Virus record (IMG/VR): IMGVR_UViG_3300027865_000001
Reading direction: 5' to 3' (one strand)
Length of the DNA: 45,420 nt
Source: a virus
In this document: positions 33,612 through 43,076 of the stretch, in pieces
How the letters are laid out: each line of letters opens with the position of its first letter
How positions within the stretch are numbered: position 1 is the first letter of the stretch
Made by a program: the position numbers and the translations under genes
Notes under the pieces: model-generated
What the model saw: only the letters and a program-made list of their open reading frames with translations
Database searches by the model: none
Told to the model about the DNA's origin: nothing

Positions 33612-36185
33612 CTATTCCCCTCCTGCTTCATCTAAAACATCCTCAGTATCCTCTCCACCTAAAGTAGAAGAAGAAAGTATAGCTATCATATGCTGTCTTA
33701 CTGCTACAGGGTCAACTAAGTTGAGTGTAATAAAGTCTGAACTTCCTAGTGCGGCAGTACCTGCTGCGGCAGTACCAGCAACGGCAGTACCTGTTATAGC
33801 TGCTGGATAAAGGCTAGTACCAAGTGAGATAGGGGAGGCTGCAACTAATCCTGCAGTAATAATTCCTAAGCCTACAGGAGCTGCTACTCTAGCAGCTGTA
33901 GAACCTGAGATAGTATCTAAAAGGCTAGCACCAAATCCTCTTGGCCGCATTACTCTCATATTAACCGTAGTTACATAAGGCAAACCAATAGTTTGCATAC
34001 CATGATGATTAACATTATTATTAAGTCCTATAGTATTACCGAGAGCTACCACACCTTCTACTGCTTCTTCCTGTGAGATAATATCAGTTGACATAGCTTG
34101 TAATGCTTTAGCAAAGATTGTATCTATATTCGTATCTACATTACCAGAAGGAGTAAGCACATCAGAAAATAAAGGTTGCTTTGCAAGAGTAGGAGATAGT
34201 TCTACTAGTTGAGGAATAGTAGGTGGCTGTAATGGATTGGTAGTATCACCAAAGACTATCTCAGCTTCCTGTTCTTGCATATACTTTGTAGTAGCAGCAT
34301 TGAATCTACTAGCTCTAGAAATCTCATCTTGCGGGAGTGCAGGGTTCTCTTCATCCTGCTTCTGTATGATAGCACGTATTTCTCGTATGATCCTTACGCC
34401 GGGAATTTTATTACTTATTACTCCAGCCCCTTCCATAAGAGTAAGGTTTGCCTCAGACCTAGCAGGAGTAACTCCTATCATGAATTCTCCATTAGGCCCA
34501 CGTGCTGAACCTAGTTGGCGCATTAGCGTATATAAAGCATTATCATTATCAAGCTGTGAGTTAATAACTTCAAGAGATTCTACTGCATGAGCACCAAAGA
34601 TAAAGCTTTGATAAGCTGCTACATTCTCTGCATGAGATGCTTTTACTGTAGCAAGATCTGCTCTCTCATTCATAGCATCTTCTAATACTGCTAATGCTTC
34701 TTCTCCTTTACCTTCTGCCACTAGCTCTGTATATTCAGCAACTGCTCTTTGTATTCTATTATTAAGATCTTGTGATTCTAATGCTCCTTCCTTCTGTGCT
34801 AGCCTAATAGCAGCAGAGGCTTCAAATTCTTCAGCTTCAAGTATAGTTCTCGCAGCAGTTACTTTATCAGCTTCTAATTGGAGTCGTAATACTGCTAGCT
34901 TATCTGCATCTACCGCAGCAGTTTCTGCTTGTTCAAATGCTAGAAGCGATGTATCTAAATTTGTTTCTGCCTGCGCTCGTGCAATCTTAGATGCAGCAAG
35001 CCTATCATTTAGAGTTTCATCATCTACAGTAAGAGCTATAATCTCCCGCTCTAAGTTTACTTCAGCTTGGTTTATTGCTAATTCCTGAATTCTTGCTTTA
35101 TTGGGAGCTAGTCCTTGCTCTACCTTTAAACTTAATGTCTCTCTTCGCAATGCTATCTTATTTCTCTGAGCAGTTACTTCATCCATAACTTTTTGGCGTT
35201 CAAACTTCTGCACATCTAATGCATGTCGCTCTCTTTGAATCTGCTGACCCTCTATGCTATTTACTAGCTGGTAGCCTTTCATTATAAGATCCATCTCTCT
35301 AGATGAGACAGAGAGTAAAGTTCTTAATGTTTCAGCATTAGAGCGATTCTGTTCTAGAGTTACTTTATATAGTTCTACCTGACCAGTAGCAGCTATCTTC
35401 CTTGTATCAGCAGCAATAGTACCTTCAGTTACTAGTTCTCTAGTAGCAGCATTCTGTAGCTGGAAGCTTTCAGTAGCAGCAGTTACTCCCTGTATCTCAG
35501 CAAGAGTAGACTGGTACTGCTTAAGTCCTGCATTGATTTCTATATCTTTAGCGCCACCAGGAGTACCGTAGATTTCTTTATTCAATGCAGACTTGATAAG
35601 GAAACCAAAGCCTCCTTCAGCTGCATCTTGCTCCCTCTCTTCTAAGAGTTCTTGTACATCTTGTGCCTGCTCATGTAATTGATCCATAAGTCTGGTTTGA
35701 TTTTCTGAACTAGTACTTTCTCGTACTACTTTGATTAACTGATTCTGAGCTTTCATATCCTCAGTATTTGTTTGTAAAGCTATAATTTGATCTGCACCAA
35801 TACGTTCAGCAATAGCGTCAGCCATAGCATCAGCATTACTAGCAGATGCTCCTAGATTTTTTTGTAACTGATTAGCTATAGCACCAGTAAGCTCTCTGCT
35901 ACGAGCTAGTGCAGCAGCAGCAGCTGGTGGTAATCCATTTACTAAGGAGCCAGCTACAACTGTGCCTGTCGCTGGAGAGATAGCTGGCTGAGAAGCTCCT
36001 GCTACTCCAGGCGCAGGTAATCTAGGTATAGAGTGGATAACAGCTTGTTGCTCTGCTTCTATAACTGCAGGTAGATTAGGTGTAGTAGCTAAATCTAACT
36101 CAGTTGCTATCTGATTAGCTATCACATTTGTTTCACTTGCCATACCTATATCTAGTTCTTTTAAAGCTGGGAGTGTCTCTGCCAT
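33612..36185 (-). CDS. Internal virion / ejection protein (coiled-coil rich, hydrophobic Ala/Gly-rich C-terminus)
   Basis: 857 aa with long heptad-like helical regions. The C-terminal segment AAPVGLGIITAGLVAASPISLGTSLYPAAITGTAVAGTAAAGTAALG looks membrane-active. Confidence 0.6.
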   Translation of the reverse strand: MAETLPALKELDIGMASETNVIANQIATELDLATTPNLPAVIEAEQQAVIHSIPRLPAPGVAGASQPAISPATGTVVAGSLVNGLPPAAAAALARSRELTGAIANQLQKNLGASASNADAMADAIAERIGADQIIALQTNTEDMKAQNQLIKVVRESTSSENQTRLMDQLHEQAQDVQELLEEREQDAAEGGFGFLIKSALNKEIYGTPGGAKDIEINAGLKQYQSTLAEIQGVTAATESFQLQNAATRELVTEGTIAADTRKIAATGQVELYKVTLEQNRSNAETLRTLLSVSSREMDLIMKGYQLVNSIEGQQIQRERHALDVQKFERQKVMDEVTAQRNKIALRRETLSLKVEQGLAPNKARIQELAINQAEVNLEREIIALTVDDETLNDRLAASKIARAQAETNLDTSLLAFEQAETAAVDADKLAVLRLQLEADKVTAARTILEAEEFEASAAIRLAQKEGALESQDLNNRIQRAVAEYTELVAEGKGEEALAVLEDAMNERADLATVKASHAENVAAYQSFIFGAHAVESLEVINSQLDNDNALYTLMRQLGSARGPNGEFMIGVTPARSEANLTLMEGAGVISNKIPGVRIIREIRAIIQKQDEENPALPQDEISRASRFNAATTKYMQEQEAEIVFGDTTNPLQPPTIPQLVELSPTLAKQPLFSDVLTPSGNVDTNIDTIFAKALQAMSTDIISQEEAVEGVVALGNTIGLNNNVNHHGMQTIGLPYVTTVNMRVMRPRGFGASLLDTISGSTAARVAAPVGLGIITAGLVAASPISLGTSLYPAAITGTAVAGTAAAGTAALGSSDFITLNLVDPVAVRQHMIAILSSSTLGGEDTEDVLDEAGGE

Positions 36186-36189
36186 GATA

Positions 36190-36849
36190 CTATCCTCCTG
36201 CCATAGCGCTAATTACAATATCAGTAATAGCTGCTGCCATTTCATCTGATTTAGCAGTATTCTCATCTACTATATTTCCAGAATCTTCATCACCCGCATC
36301 TTTATCTTCACCAAGAACAGCTTCTTTATTAGCATCAACCTGTTCAGCGAAGGGAGTATCAGGAGGTCTCAAGGACTCAAATCCACCAAAGCCAATTGTG
36401 TTATCTACTGAAGCAGAGAACTTCTCTACACCTGATTCCTTTAGTAATCCGCTGTTGCTTACTAGTGAATTACTACGTCTTTCTTCCTCAGTAAGACTAC
36501 TCTGCTGTTGACTTTGATCCTCAGTAACAACTTCCTTACCAGTAATCTTAGCAAGTTCACCTACAATATTAGAGACTAAATCCCCTGCAGCTTGCTGTGC
36601 TACTGAGCTATCAAAGATACCTGCTTGATTCTCAGCATTAAAGATACTGGCTAATCCATTATCTGCGCCAAGTATATCTTTGATTATTTGTTGTATAGCA
36701 GCAGGATCAAGTTGTAATTGCTTAGTACCCACACCAGATACATCTGCCCTAGCAGAAGTTGCCTGTGTTCCAAACTCAGCTGTACTAGTTGTTTCCTCCT
36801 TACCAAACAAGGATTCACCTAAAGAACCTATGTCTGCGATAAAGCCCAT
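36190..36849 (-). CDS. Internal virion protein candidate (acidic, 219 aa)
   Basis: Track ORF with an AGGAGA SD, the first gene of the three-gene ejection block. Confidence 0.55.
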   Translation of the reverse strand: MGFIADIGSLGESLFGKEETTSTAEFGTQATSARADVSGVGTKQLQLDPAAIQQIIKDILGADNGLASIFNAENQAGIFDSSVAQQAAGDLVSNIVGELAKITGKEVVTEDQSQQQSSLTEEERRSNSLVSNSGLLKESGVEKFSASVDNTIGFGGFESLRPPDTPFAEQVDANKEAVLGEDKDAGDEDSGNIVDENTAKSDEMAAAITDIVISAMAGG

Positions 36850-36928
36850 AATGTTTCTCCTGCAATATTATTGCTAGTATCTTATATAATATACGGTAAT
36901 ACGATGTATCTGGATATAGGGTATTCTA

Positions 36929-39538
36929 TTATCCTATAAACTCAGATATATGTGTTGCACTAAACTGGTATGCCACTAAAACAACTGAGGTAACAGTATC
37001 ACCATTACCTATTCTTAGTTGTATCAAATCACCTTCAATAGATGTTGCTGGTATTTCTACTATAAGATTAAGAGATATAAGAGTTCCCGGCTGGTTACGT
37101 CCTATAGGAACTGGAATAACCCCAAGCTCAACAGCATCAGTACTATTATATATCTGTATATCAAAAGTTCTGCCAGCATTACTCTCATTATGAGTAAGAG
37201 ATATAAGAATACCTACATTCCATATTCCCTTACTATCAAGTGCTATGGCATCATTAGCATGATCTTGAGTAACGCCAGCGGGTGTAGTAATTAATATAGC
37301 ATCCGCTGGTACAACTTGCCAACCAGCTCCTAGATCAGATAAGCTTGGACCACTTGTATTCTCTATACCTCCGTAGCCTCTAGAGACAAAGACATTCTTA
37401 GCTTCAAACTTACTATTTCCACCCTCAGCCTGTGCTATATAAGTAAGTACACTACCTGTTTCTAACTCTTCAGTGGTACTTACATCTTCGTGATCCTCTC
37501 CATATAAACCATGTACTTGATTGTGATGCTGGTTAGGAGTTATATCATTAAGATTATCATGAGCAGTTGGTACATCTTGAGCTAATTTCTCTACTGCATC
37601 ATGTAAGAAATCTATAGCCCTATCAGTAGCAGGATCTTCAATATCTCCGGGCCTAGCTAAATCTAGATCTATTCCACCTTCGTACCTAGTAGTAGGAGTA
37701 GTAGAGGGGATAACATTTAATGCTGAGACACCTGAAGCTTTTATCGCTACAATAGATGGCGTGCCACTAGCAGGATTAACCGCAGAAACTATAGTAGATA
37801 CACCAGAAGCAATTATCTCTTCAACTGATAAAGCACCAGAAAGTTTCTGAGTCTGTATAACTGTACCAGCAGCAGTGATTTCTTCTATAGAAGGATTACC
37901 AGAAGATGATAAAGTTCCAGCTAACCCAGCTAACCCAGAAGCTTCTATTTCAGCTAGTGTTACCGCACCAGTAGCTTTCTTAATTATCTTAGAAACGCCT
38001 GAAGCAGAAACTACCTCAATGCTAGGTGCACCACTAGGCTTTTGTATTTGATCAACTACACCTAAAGCTGTTATCTCTTCTATTACTAAAGCGCCACTAC
38101 CTTTCTTAAATATAGTAGCTATACCAGAAGCTATAATCTCACTGATGTTTGGTGTACCAGAACTATCTTGAGCAAAGCTAGCAACGCCAGCAGCAATTAT
38201 CTCAGCTAATGTTACTGTACCGTCAGACTTCTTGATTATCTTAGATACACCAGTAGCAGTTATTTCCTCAATATTAGGTGTACCGTCAGAGGTTAAATTA
38301 CCTAGACCAGAAACACCAGATGCTACTACCGCTGCTACTACAACTGTACCGGTAGCTTTCTTAATTATTGTAGATATACCGCTTGCTGTGGGACTAGCTA
38401 TTGAGGGTCCACCACTTGCTACTTGAGTTTGAATAACTGTACCAACAGCTGTTATTTCTGCTAGTATTGGCGTACCTGATGCTGTTAATGTACCAACACT
38501 AATATGTTGAAAACAGCCCATGTCCCGATCACCGGAACCATACGTAGGTCGTGAGTTGCCAGCTATATCTAACGTGGTATCGGCGCGCGAATCACGAACG
38601 CCTCCCGTTTGTGCTGTACCTATAGCTACATGTGTACCTGTTACACCATCTTTTAGTTGATAATCTGGTGTTGATAGAGATTCAACCAGTACAGTATCAC
38701 CTGCCGTATCACTATCTTTCAGCGTTACGCTATTATGATTATAAGTACCTGTTCCAAACTCACCTGTAGCAGAAGTATCACTAGCAATTATTCCGCGATC
38801 ACCATTAACAAAGTTCGCACCATTGGCCCAGTAGTCAGTGCCATTATTGAGGCTGATACAGTTCCAAGCATCCATTGTAACATCACGGGTTGGAGCGTCT
38901 GCTTGTCCTGCTAACCCATTATCACCGCCGCTCTGTCCTATAAACGTATTGTGTTCAATTTGCCATGTTTGATCATTTGAACCGCTGTAATTCTGTGCAT
39001 TAATCAACGAACGGCAGGTCGAATTGCCCTCTAATAAACAATCAAACACATTAACATTAGTAACAGCGACATTACCGGTATAGATCCCATCTTGAGAAGA
39101 ACCGCTACCACTAACTTTTATAATGCATTTTTCAATCAGACAGCTATTTGCACCAGAGAAAACTTCGATACATTCATCACTAGTTCCACTACCTGTTACT
39201 TCTATTTGTAAACCCTTAACTTGAACAAAGTCCTCGTTAATCTCAAGCATTGCTGATTGGCTACCAGGACTACCAGTAAGGCGTTGTTTTGATGTACTCC
39301 ATATCCCTTCATGCCCTGCACCTGAAGTTGGTGTTATTAATGGATGGTTATCTATATCAGGTGACCCGCCTGCTGATGAGTCAAGTTTTGCATCATCTGT
39401 ATCAGCAGTTGTTATACTGATATTAAACAACGCCATATTATCGCCGGTTGCATAATTATGATTAGCTTCATAATCAACAAATGCTAGATCAAGTGTTGTG
39501 AAACTAATGCCATCAATATCATAATTTTGGTCAGCCAT
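36929..39538 (-). CDS. Tail fibre/spike: N-terminal right-handed beta-helix domain, 12 x 21-aa tandem repeats, C-terminal receptor-binding-like domain
   Basis: 869 aa. PbH1-like rungs include IEKCIIKVSG, NVNVFDCLLEGN, QIEHNTFIGQ and AWNCISLNNG, ending with DRDMGCFQH. The SGxPxIxEIxAxGVxxIxKK repeats span aa 350-610. Confidence 0.75.
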   Translation of the reverse strand: MADQNYDIDGISFTTLDLAFVDYEANHNYATGDNMALFNISITTADTDDAKLDSSAGGSPDIDNHPLITPTSGAGHEGIWSTSKQRLTGSPGSQSAMLEINEDFVQVKGLQIEVTGSGTSDECIEVFSGANSCLIEKCIIKVSGSGSSQDGIYTGNVAVTNVNVFDCLLEGNSTCRSLINAQNYSGSNDQTWQIEHNTFIGQSGGDNGLAGQADAPTRDVTMDAWNCISLNNGTDYWANGANFVNGDRGIIASDTSATGEFGTGTYNHNSVTLKDSDTAGDTVLVESLSTPDYQLKDGVTGTHVAIGTAQTGGVRDSRADTTLDIAGNSRPTYGSGDRDMGCFQHISVGTLTASGTPILAEITAVGTVIQTQVASGGPSIASPTASGISTIIKKATGTVVVAAVVASGVSGLGNLTSDGTPNIEEITATGVSKIIKKSDGTVTLAEIIAAGVASFAQDSSGTPNISEIIASGIATIFKKGSGALVIEEITALGVVDQIQKPSGAPSIEVVSASGVSKIIKKATGAVTLAEIEASGLAGLAGTLSSSGNPSIEEITAAGTVIQTQKLSGALSVEEIIASGVSTIVSAVNPASGTPSIVAIKASGVSALNVIPSTTPTTRYEGGIDLDLARPGDIEDPATDRAIDFLHDAVEKLAQDVPTAHDNLNDITPNQHHNQVHGLYGEDHEDVSTTEELETGSVLTYIAQAEGGNSKFEAKNVFVSRGYGGIENTSGPSLSDLGAGWQVVPADAILITTPAGVTQDHANDAIALDSKGIWNVGILISLTHNESNAGRTFDIQIYNSTDAVELGVIPVPIGRNQPGTLISLNLIVEIPATSIEGDLIQLRIGNGDTVTSVVLVAYQFSATHISEFIG
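37709..38491 (-). repeat. Twelve tandem 63-bp (21-aa) coding repeats within the tail-fibre gene
   Basis: Repeat units start at aa 354, 375, 396, 418, 439, 460, 481, 502, 523, 546, 567 and 591. An example unit is SGTPNISEIIASGIATIFKKG. Confidence 0.8.
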
Positions 39539-40008
39539 TAGGGATCAATCTCGTTATTTTCATTATCATGAATCAGCACATCAAGATTTGCCTTGTCGAT
39601 AATAACGTTATTTAATACAGCCTTATCATAGATTAATGTAATAACACCGTTCTCACGCAACTCTCTACGCTTCGGGATGGGTAGATTATTTAGCCTAAAT
39701 CTCCAGCGATTACGTCCAATACGAACAAATCTATCATCAGCATCTGGTGCTTGAAATTCAGGATCGAGAACATGTGCACGTCTACGGTGGGGTTGTTTAA
39801 ATCTACGAGCAGAACGCCACCCTATACCTAAGACAGTAACAATCAAGAATGTACCTGGCCAGTCATTAGGATCGTTACCATTAGCTATCCAAACAGATTT
39901 ATCTTCACGTTCACCAAAGACATAGTTATTAGGAAAGACACCACAAGAGTCTCCCTCAACCCGTCCTGATTGACCAGTAGCTTTAGCAAGAAGTATAAAA
40001 CGGGCCAT
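39538..40008 (-). CDS. Hypothetical Arg-rich protein (156 aa) between the sulfotransferase and the tail fibre
   Basis: Track ORF with TAATG overlaps at both ends (40008 and 39538). No motif was recognised. Confidence 0.7.
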   Translation of the reverse strand: MARFILLAKATGQSGRVEGDSCGVFPNNYVFGEREDKSVWIANGNDPNDWPGTFLIVTVLGIGWRSARRFKQPHRRRAHVLDPEFQAPDADDRFVRIGRNRWRFRLNNLPIPKRRELRENGVITLIYDKAVLNNVIIDKANLDVLIHDNENNEIDP

Positions 40009-40871
40009 TAGTTCACCACCAATGAAATAGAAGTAGGCTCTGAATCTAAATAACCTAGAGCTTTCATAACTGGTCCATGAGCTTCTTCAATTCTTTTAAT
40101 CCACTTAGGTCCTAACTCATCTTGCCAGCGAATTCCACCTTCATTAAAGAACTTACCTCCTTGACTTCTGTTTTCTTGAAAGCCCTCAGTATCTTCTACT
40201 TGCTTAAGCTGTGCCATACTTGTAACTTTAACAGCAGCTTTAACTATTTCAGTATTAACTTCCTCCCCAAGAAACTCTAGTATTTCAGTTAGTTCTTTCT
40301 CTGTATCCTTAATCATATCTTCATAGCGTACAATATGAACAGGAAATTTATTTTCACTAGTCCAAGAAGCTGCATGATTAGTCCAGCTAGAAACTAGTTG
40401 ACTAGAGAAGTTTATATTATCCCCAATAGTAAAATCCTTAAATCCCATCGTATCAACTGCAGCGTCAATCGAGAACTGAAAGAACTTAGCCATAGACAAA
40501 ACTACAGATCTAGGATCACGAACTATATAAACAGCCTTCCTAGTAAACTCTTTAGGAATACAATGAGGTAAACCATCAGGTTGAAAATTAGCAAAGTGAG
40601 TTTTAATCCATAGAGGGGAGTTTAACCTACAGAAGAGATTAAGCAAGGCAGCAGGACGCAACAATAGCTGTGCGTTTAATCCTAAGTCTCCCAATGGTAT
40701 AGGGGATATAGCACGCAAGAGAGTAGCACCACCGTCGGCACTACTAATCCTGATATCATTCAGATCTAGCTTACCATTACGTCTATAAGCTTCTAGCAAA
40801 CAACGCAACCATGTATTACCAGATCTAGGATATGACGCTAACCATATCGCCCCTTCCTTATTCTCTTCCAT
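40008..40871 (-). CDS. PAPS-dependent sulfotransferase
   Basis: 287 aa. It has the 5'-PSB loop SYPRSGNTWL, KTH, the 3'-PB motif VYIVRDPRSVVLS, RYEDM, and a C-terminal GG..W..EL segment. This is the classical Sulfotransfer_1-type layout. Confidence 0.8.
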   Translation of the reverse strand: MEENKEGAIWLASYPRSGNTWLRCLLEAYRRNGKLDLNDIRISSADGGATLLRAISPIPLGDLGLNAQLLLRPAALLNLFCRLNSPLWIKTHFANFQPDGLPHCIPKEFTRKAVYIVRDPRSVVLSMAKFFQFSIDAAVDTMGFKDFTIGDNINFSSQLVSSWTNHAASWTSENKFPVHIVRYEDMIKDTEKELTEILEFLGEEVNTEIVKAAVKVTSMAQLKQVEDTEGFQENRSQGGKFFNEGGIRWQDELGPKWIKRIEEAHGPVMKALGYLDSEPTSISLVVN

Positions 40872-40874
40872 GAC

Positions 40875-41276
40875 TTATGTTACGTCAGGTGTTCCAGCAG
40901 GAACTGTAATGCTAAGGCTAGAGAGCTGAACAGTATCAGTTGTTGCGATAACATTGTTAGCCATTGTAATATCTGGTGAACCACTAGTAGCTACACCTAA
41001 CTGTAAACGCCACAAGCCAGATGCCGCTGTACTATTCAGATGGAATGTTAGACGTACACAAGTACCTGCTGCTGCGGGTGATGTATCCTCAACTGCTGGC
41101 GTAACATCAAGGTCCGTAACTCCTGCAGCACCTGCAATGAATGCTGGATTGCTACAAGCAGCACTAGCTAATAGCGTAGTCAAACCAGTTGTGTACCATC
41201 TCGCGAATGCCGTTGCTCCTAGATCAGTAACAATAGCGGCAGCCAAGGTAGTTCTTAACGCATCTACTAATTGCAT
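40875..41276 (-). CDS. Hypothetical Ala/Thr-rich protein (133 aa from ATG 41276; the track ORF extends to 41333)
   Basis: The internal start MQLVDALRTT is preceded by a GGAGA SD and avoids overlap with the upstream 64-aa ORF. The gene is locally GC-rich (about 47-52% on two hand-counted lines). Confidence 0.6.
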   Translation of the reverse strand: MQLVDALRTTLAAAIVTDLGATAFARWYTTGLTTLLASAACSNPAFIAGAAGVTDLDVTPAVEDTSPAAAGTCVRLTFHLNSTAASGLWRLQLGVATSGSPDITMANNVIATTDTVQLSSLSITVPAGTPDVT

Positions 41277-41298
41277 CTTTAATTCTCCGGTGTTAGTG

Positions 41299-41493
41299 TT
41301 ATGATGCTGCGGCTGCAGCTTCGGCTTCTTCAACAGAACAAATTTTCATCTGTCCTTTGACGCTACCATCTTTTCTAAATATAGTACAGATACCTTCAAC
41401 TTGAATATCTGCTACATTTACATTTCCAGCTCGCTGTAATTTTGCAAGCTCTTCTAAACTAACTTCTTTTCGTCCTTCTGGAACTTCACTCAT
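41299..41493 (-). CDS. Hypothetical protein (64 aa)
   Basis: Track ORF that starts 5 nt after the 518-aa gene stop. Confidence 0.55.
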   Translation of the reverse strand: MSEVPEGRKEVSLEELAKLQRAGNVNVADIQVEGICTIFRKDGSVKGQMKICSVEEAEAAAAAS

Positions 41494-41498
41494 TTTCT

Positions 41499-43055
41499 CT
41501 ACCTTCTACCATTAATAGTATATGTAATTAATGCAGTAGTAAGCCTAAACTTACCTTGAATTAATATGTTATGGCTATCAGCTGTCTGTCTCCAATGGTA
41601 CTCTCTTAAGTTACCTGTGGACTTTGCTAAGGTGCCAGAAACTGGAGAAGCTGTGCTAGCATTCAATCCATCTAATGTAGGTAAATCGAAACAAAAGAAT
41701 GGAGTATCAGTTTGATTAGATCCTATTAGCGTAAGCAATACACCTAGAAGAGTCATTTGTCTAGTATGGGAAGCCTTAATACGAGCTAGCATTACTATGC
41801 CTGGATTATTAGGAGAGGGAGGAGCATCTGGATTAAAGAAAGATACAGTACAAGATCCATCTCTATGCAAGTATGTAACTGATTGTTTAGCTATCTCAGT
41901 TTGATCACCTACATATTCAAATACATCAGTATGATCTAAGACTATTTTACCCATACGAGACAGACTGGTATCATATACTATACTATGAGTATACTCATCG
42001 ATACCATAAGATATGAGGATATAGCGAGAATTAATATACTTTACCTTCTTAAACATAACCTCGTTTGCAGTAAGGTTACGCTCTACTAACGCTACATTAG
42101 TTTTATCAAATGTCTCTATACGCCTACCAGTAAGAAAATCAGTCACTTCTGGTAATACTGTCTCTGCAACACGAGTATTAATAGTTTGAAATCCAGCTTT
42201 AGTATATACATACTGTGGATCGCTATTAGCTTCATACGCAATTTGATCTAGAGAGATTCCACCTTTAGAATTCTCTACCTCTCTAAACTTGAAAGGGTAA
42301 CGTATGTTACCAGTATAGGAAGCACCAATTACATTAGCCTGAGTATAGAAATTCATTCCTAAAGGAGTAGGAGTAGCAAAAAGAATTGCTCCTGCTATAC
42401 CATCTACATTACCGCCTCCAGCTCCTGTTATTCTATCAGGTACAAAGTCGGTAGGGAGTATAGTGCTACTCCAAGCTACTGCAGTTTTAGTATAAGCTAC
42501 TAAGTATCCAGAGGTAGCAGTGAATCCTAGTACATCAGCCATAGCTAAGCCAGTAGGTACTGTATTCACAAACGCTTCAGTAGTTTCATCATAGGTAGAG
42601 ACAAACGTATTACCTCTATAATATAGATAGCTTACACCATTCACTGTACCAATAGTAAGCAGCTCTGAATTAAAAGATCCTGTTATTACTAATGATGGTA
42701 TAGCTTCTTCAACCCAGAAAGGATTCTCTATATCGCTTTCATCCAGTACCCAAAATGTACCCAATGAGGTTAATCCTAGATAGAATCTATTAAGAGCTGA
42801 TCCATATATCACTCTTACATCTGTAAAGAAATCTCCAGTGGATAAGCCAACAGCTGCTGGTATCACTGATTGGAACTGTACAGACTCTACACCTTCTAAA
42901 GTAGGAAATACATTCTCACAATAAGCTATCTGAGGAGCTTCATCTCCAGAATTCTTACCTACTGAGTTGAAGCTTATAATAGTCTGTGTCTGTAATTCAG
43001 ACAAGAGTGGGAACTTAGCTCTCTTTAAATCTACTGAATAGTATTGTTGTGCCAC
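41499..43055 (-). CDS. Large tail/virion protein, function unassigned (518 aa, GTG start)
   Basis: Track ORF with GAGGGA upstream of the GTG, located in the tail module. Confidence 0.6.
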   Translation of the reverse strand: MAQQYYSVDLKRAKFPLLSELQTQTIISFNSVGKNSGDEAPQIAYCENVFPTLEGVESVQFQSVIPAAVGLSTGDFFTDVRVIYGSALNRFYLGLTSLGTFWVLDESDIENPFWVEEAIPSLVITGSFNSELLTIGTVNGVSYLYYRGNTFVSTYDETTEAFVNTVPTGLAMADVLGFTATSGYLVAYTKTAVAWSSTILPTDFVPDRITGAGGGNVDGIAGAILFATPTPLGMNFYTQANVIGASYTGNIRYPFKFREVENSKGGISLDQIAYEANSDPQYVYTKAGFQTINTRVAETVLPEVTDFLTGRRIETFDKTNVALVERNLTANEVMFKKVKYINSRYILISYGIDEYTHSIVYDTSLSRMGKIVLDHTDVFEYVGDQTEIAKQSVTYLHRDGSCTVSFFNPDAPPSPNNPGIVMLARIKASHTRQMTLLGVLLTLIGSNQTDTPFFCFDLPTLDGLNASTASPVSGTLAKSTGNLREYHWRQTADSHNILIQGKFRLTTALITYTINGRR

Positions 43056-43076
43056 AATAATATAATCCCTCTGCTA

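Noticed and set aside
34237-34590. Plus-strand ORFs (117 and 77 aa) inside the 857-aa gene, and similar ones in the 1683-aa, tail-fibre, terL and portal genes
   Set aside because: They are all embedded antisense in long, well-supported minus-strand genes, with no RBS and low-complexity products.
36929-39538. Diversity-generating retroelement targeting the tail fibre
   Set aside because: No reverse transcriptase ORF and no template/variable repeat pair with adenine-specific differences was seen. The fibre repeats are in-frame structural tandem repeats.
40954-41304. 116-aa plus-strand ORF
   Set aside because: It is antisense to the Ala-rich, GC-rich 133-aa gene, and GC-rich Ala codons generate open antisense frames. 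It also runs against the direction of the whole operon.
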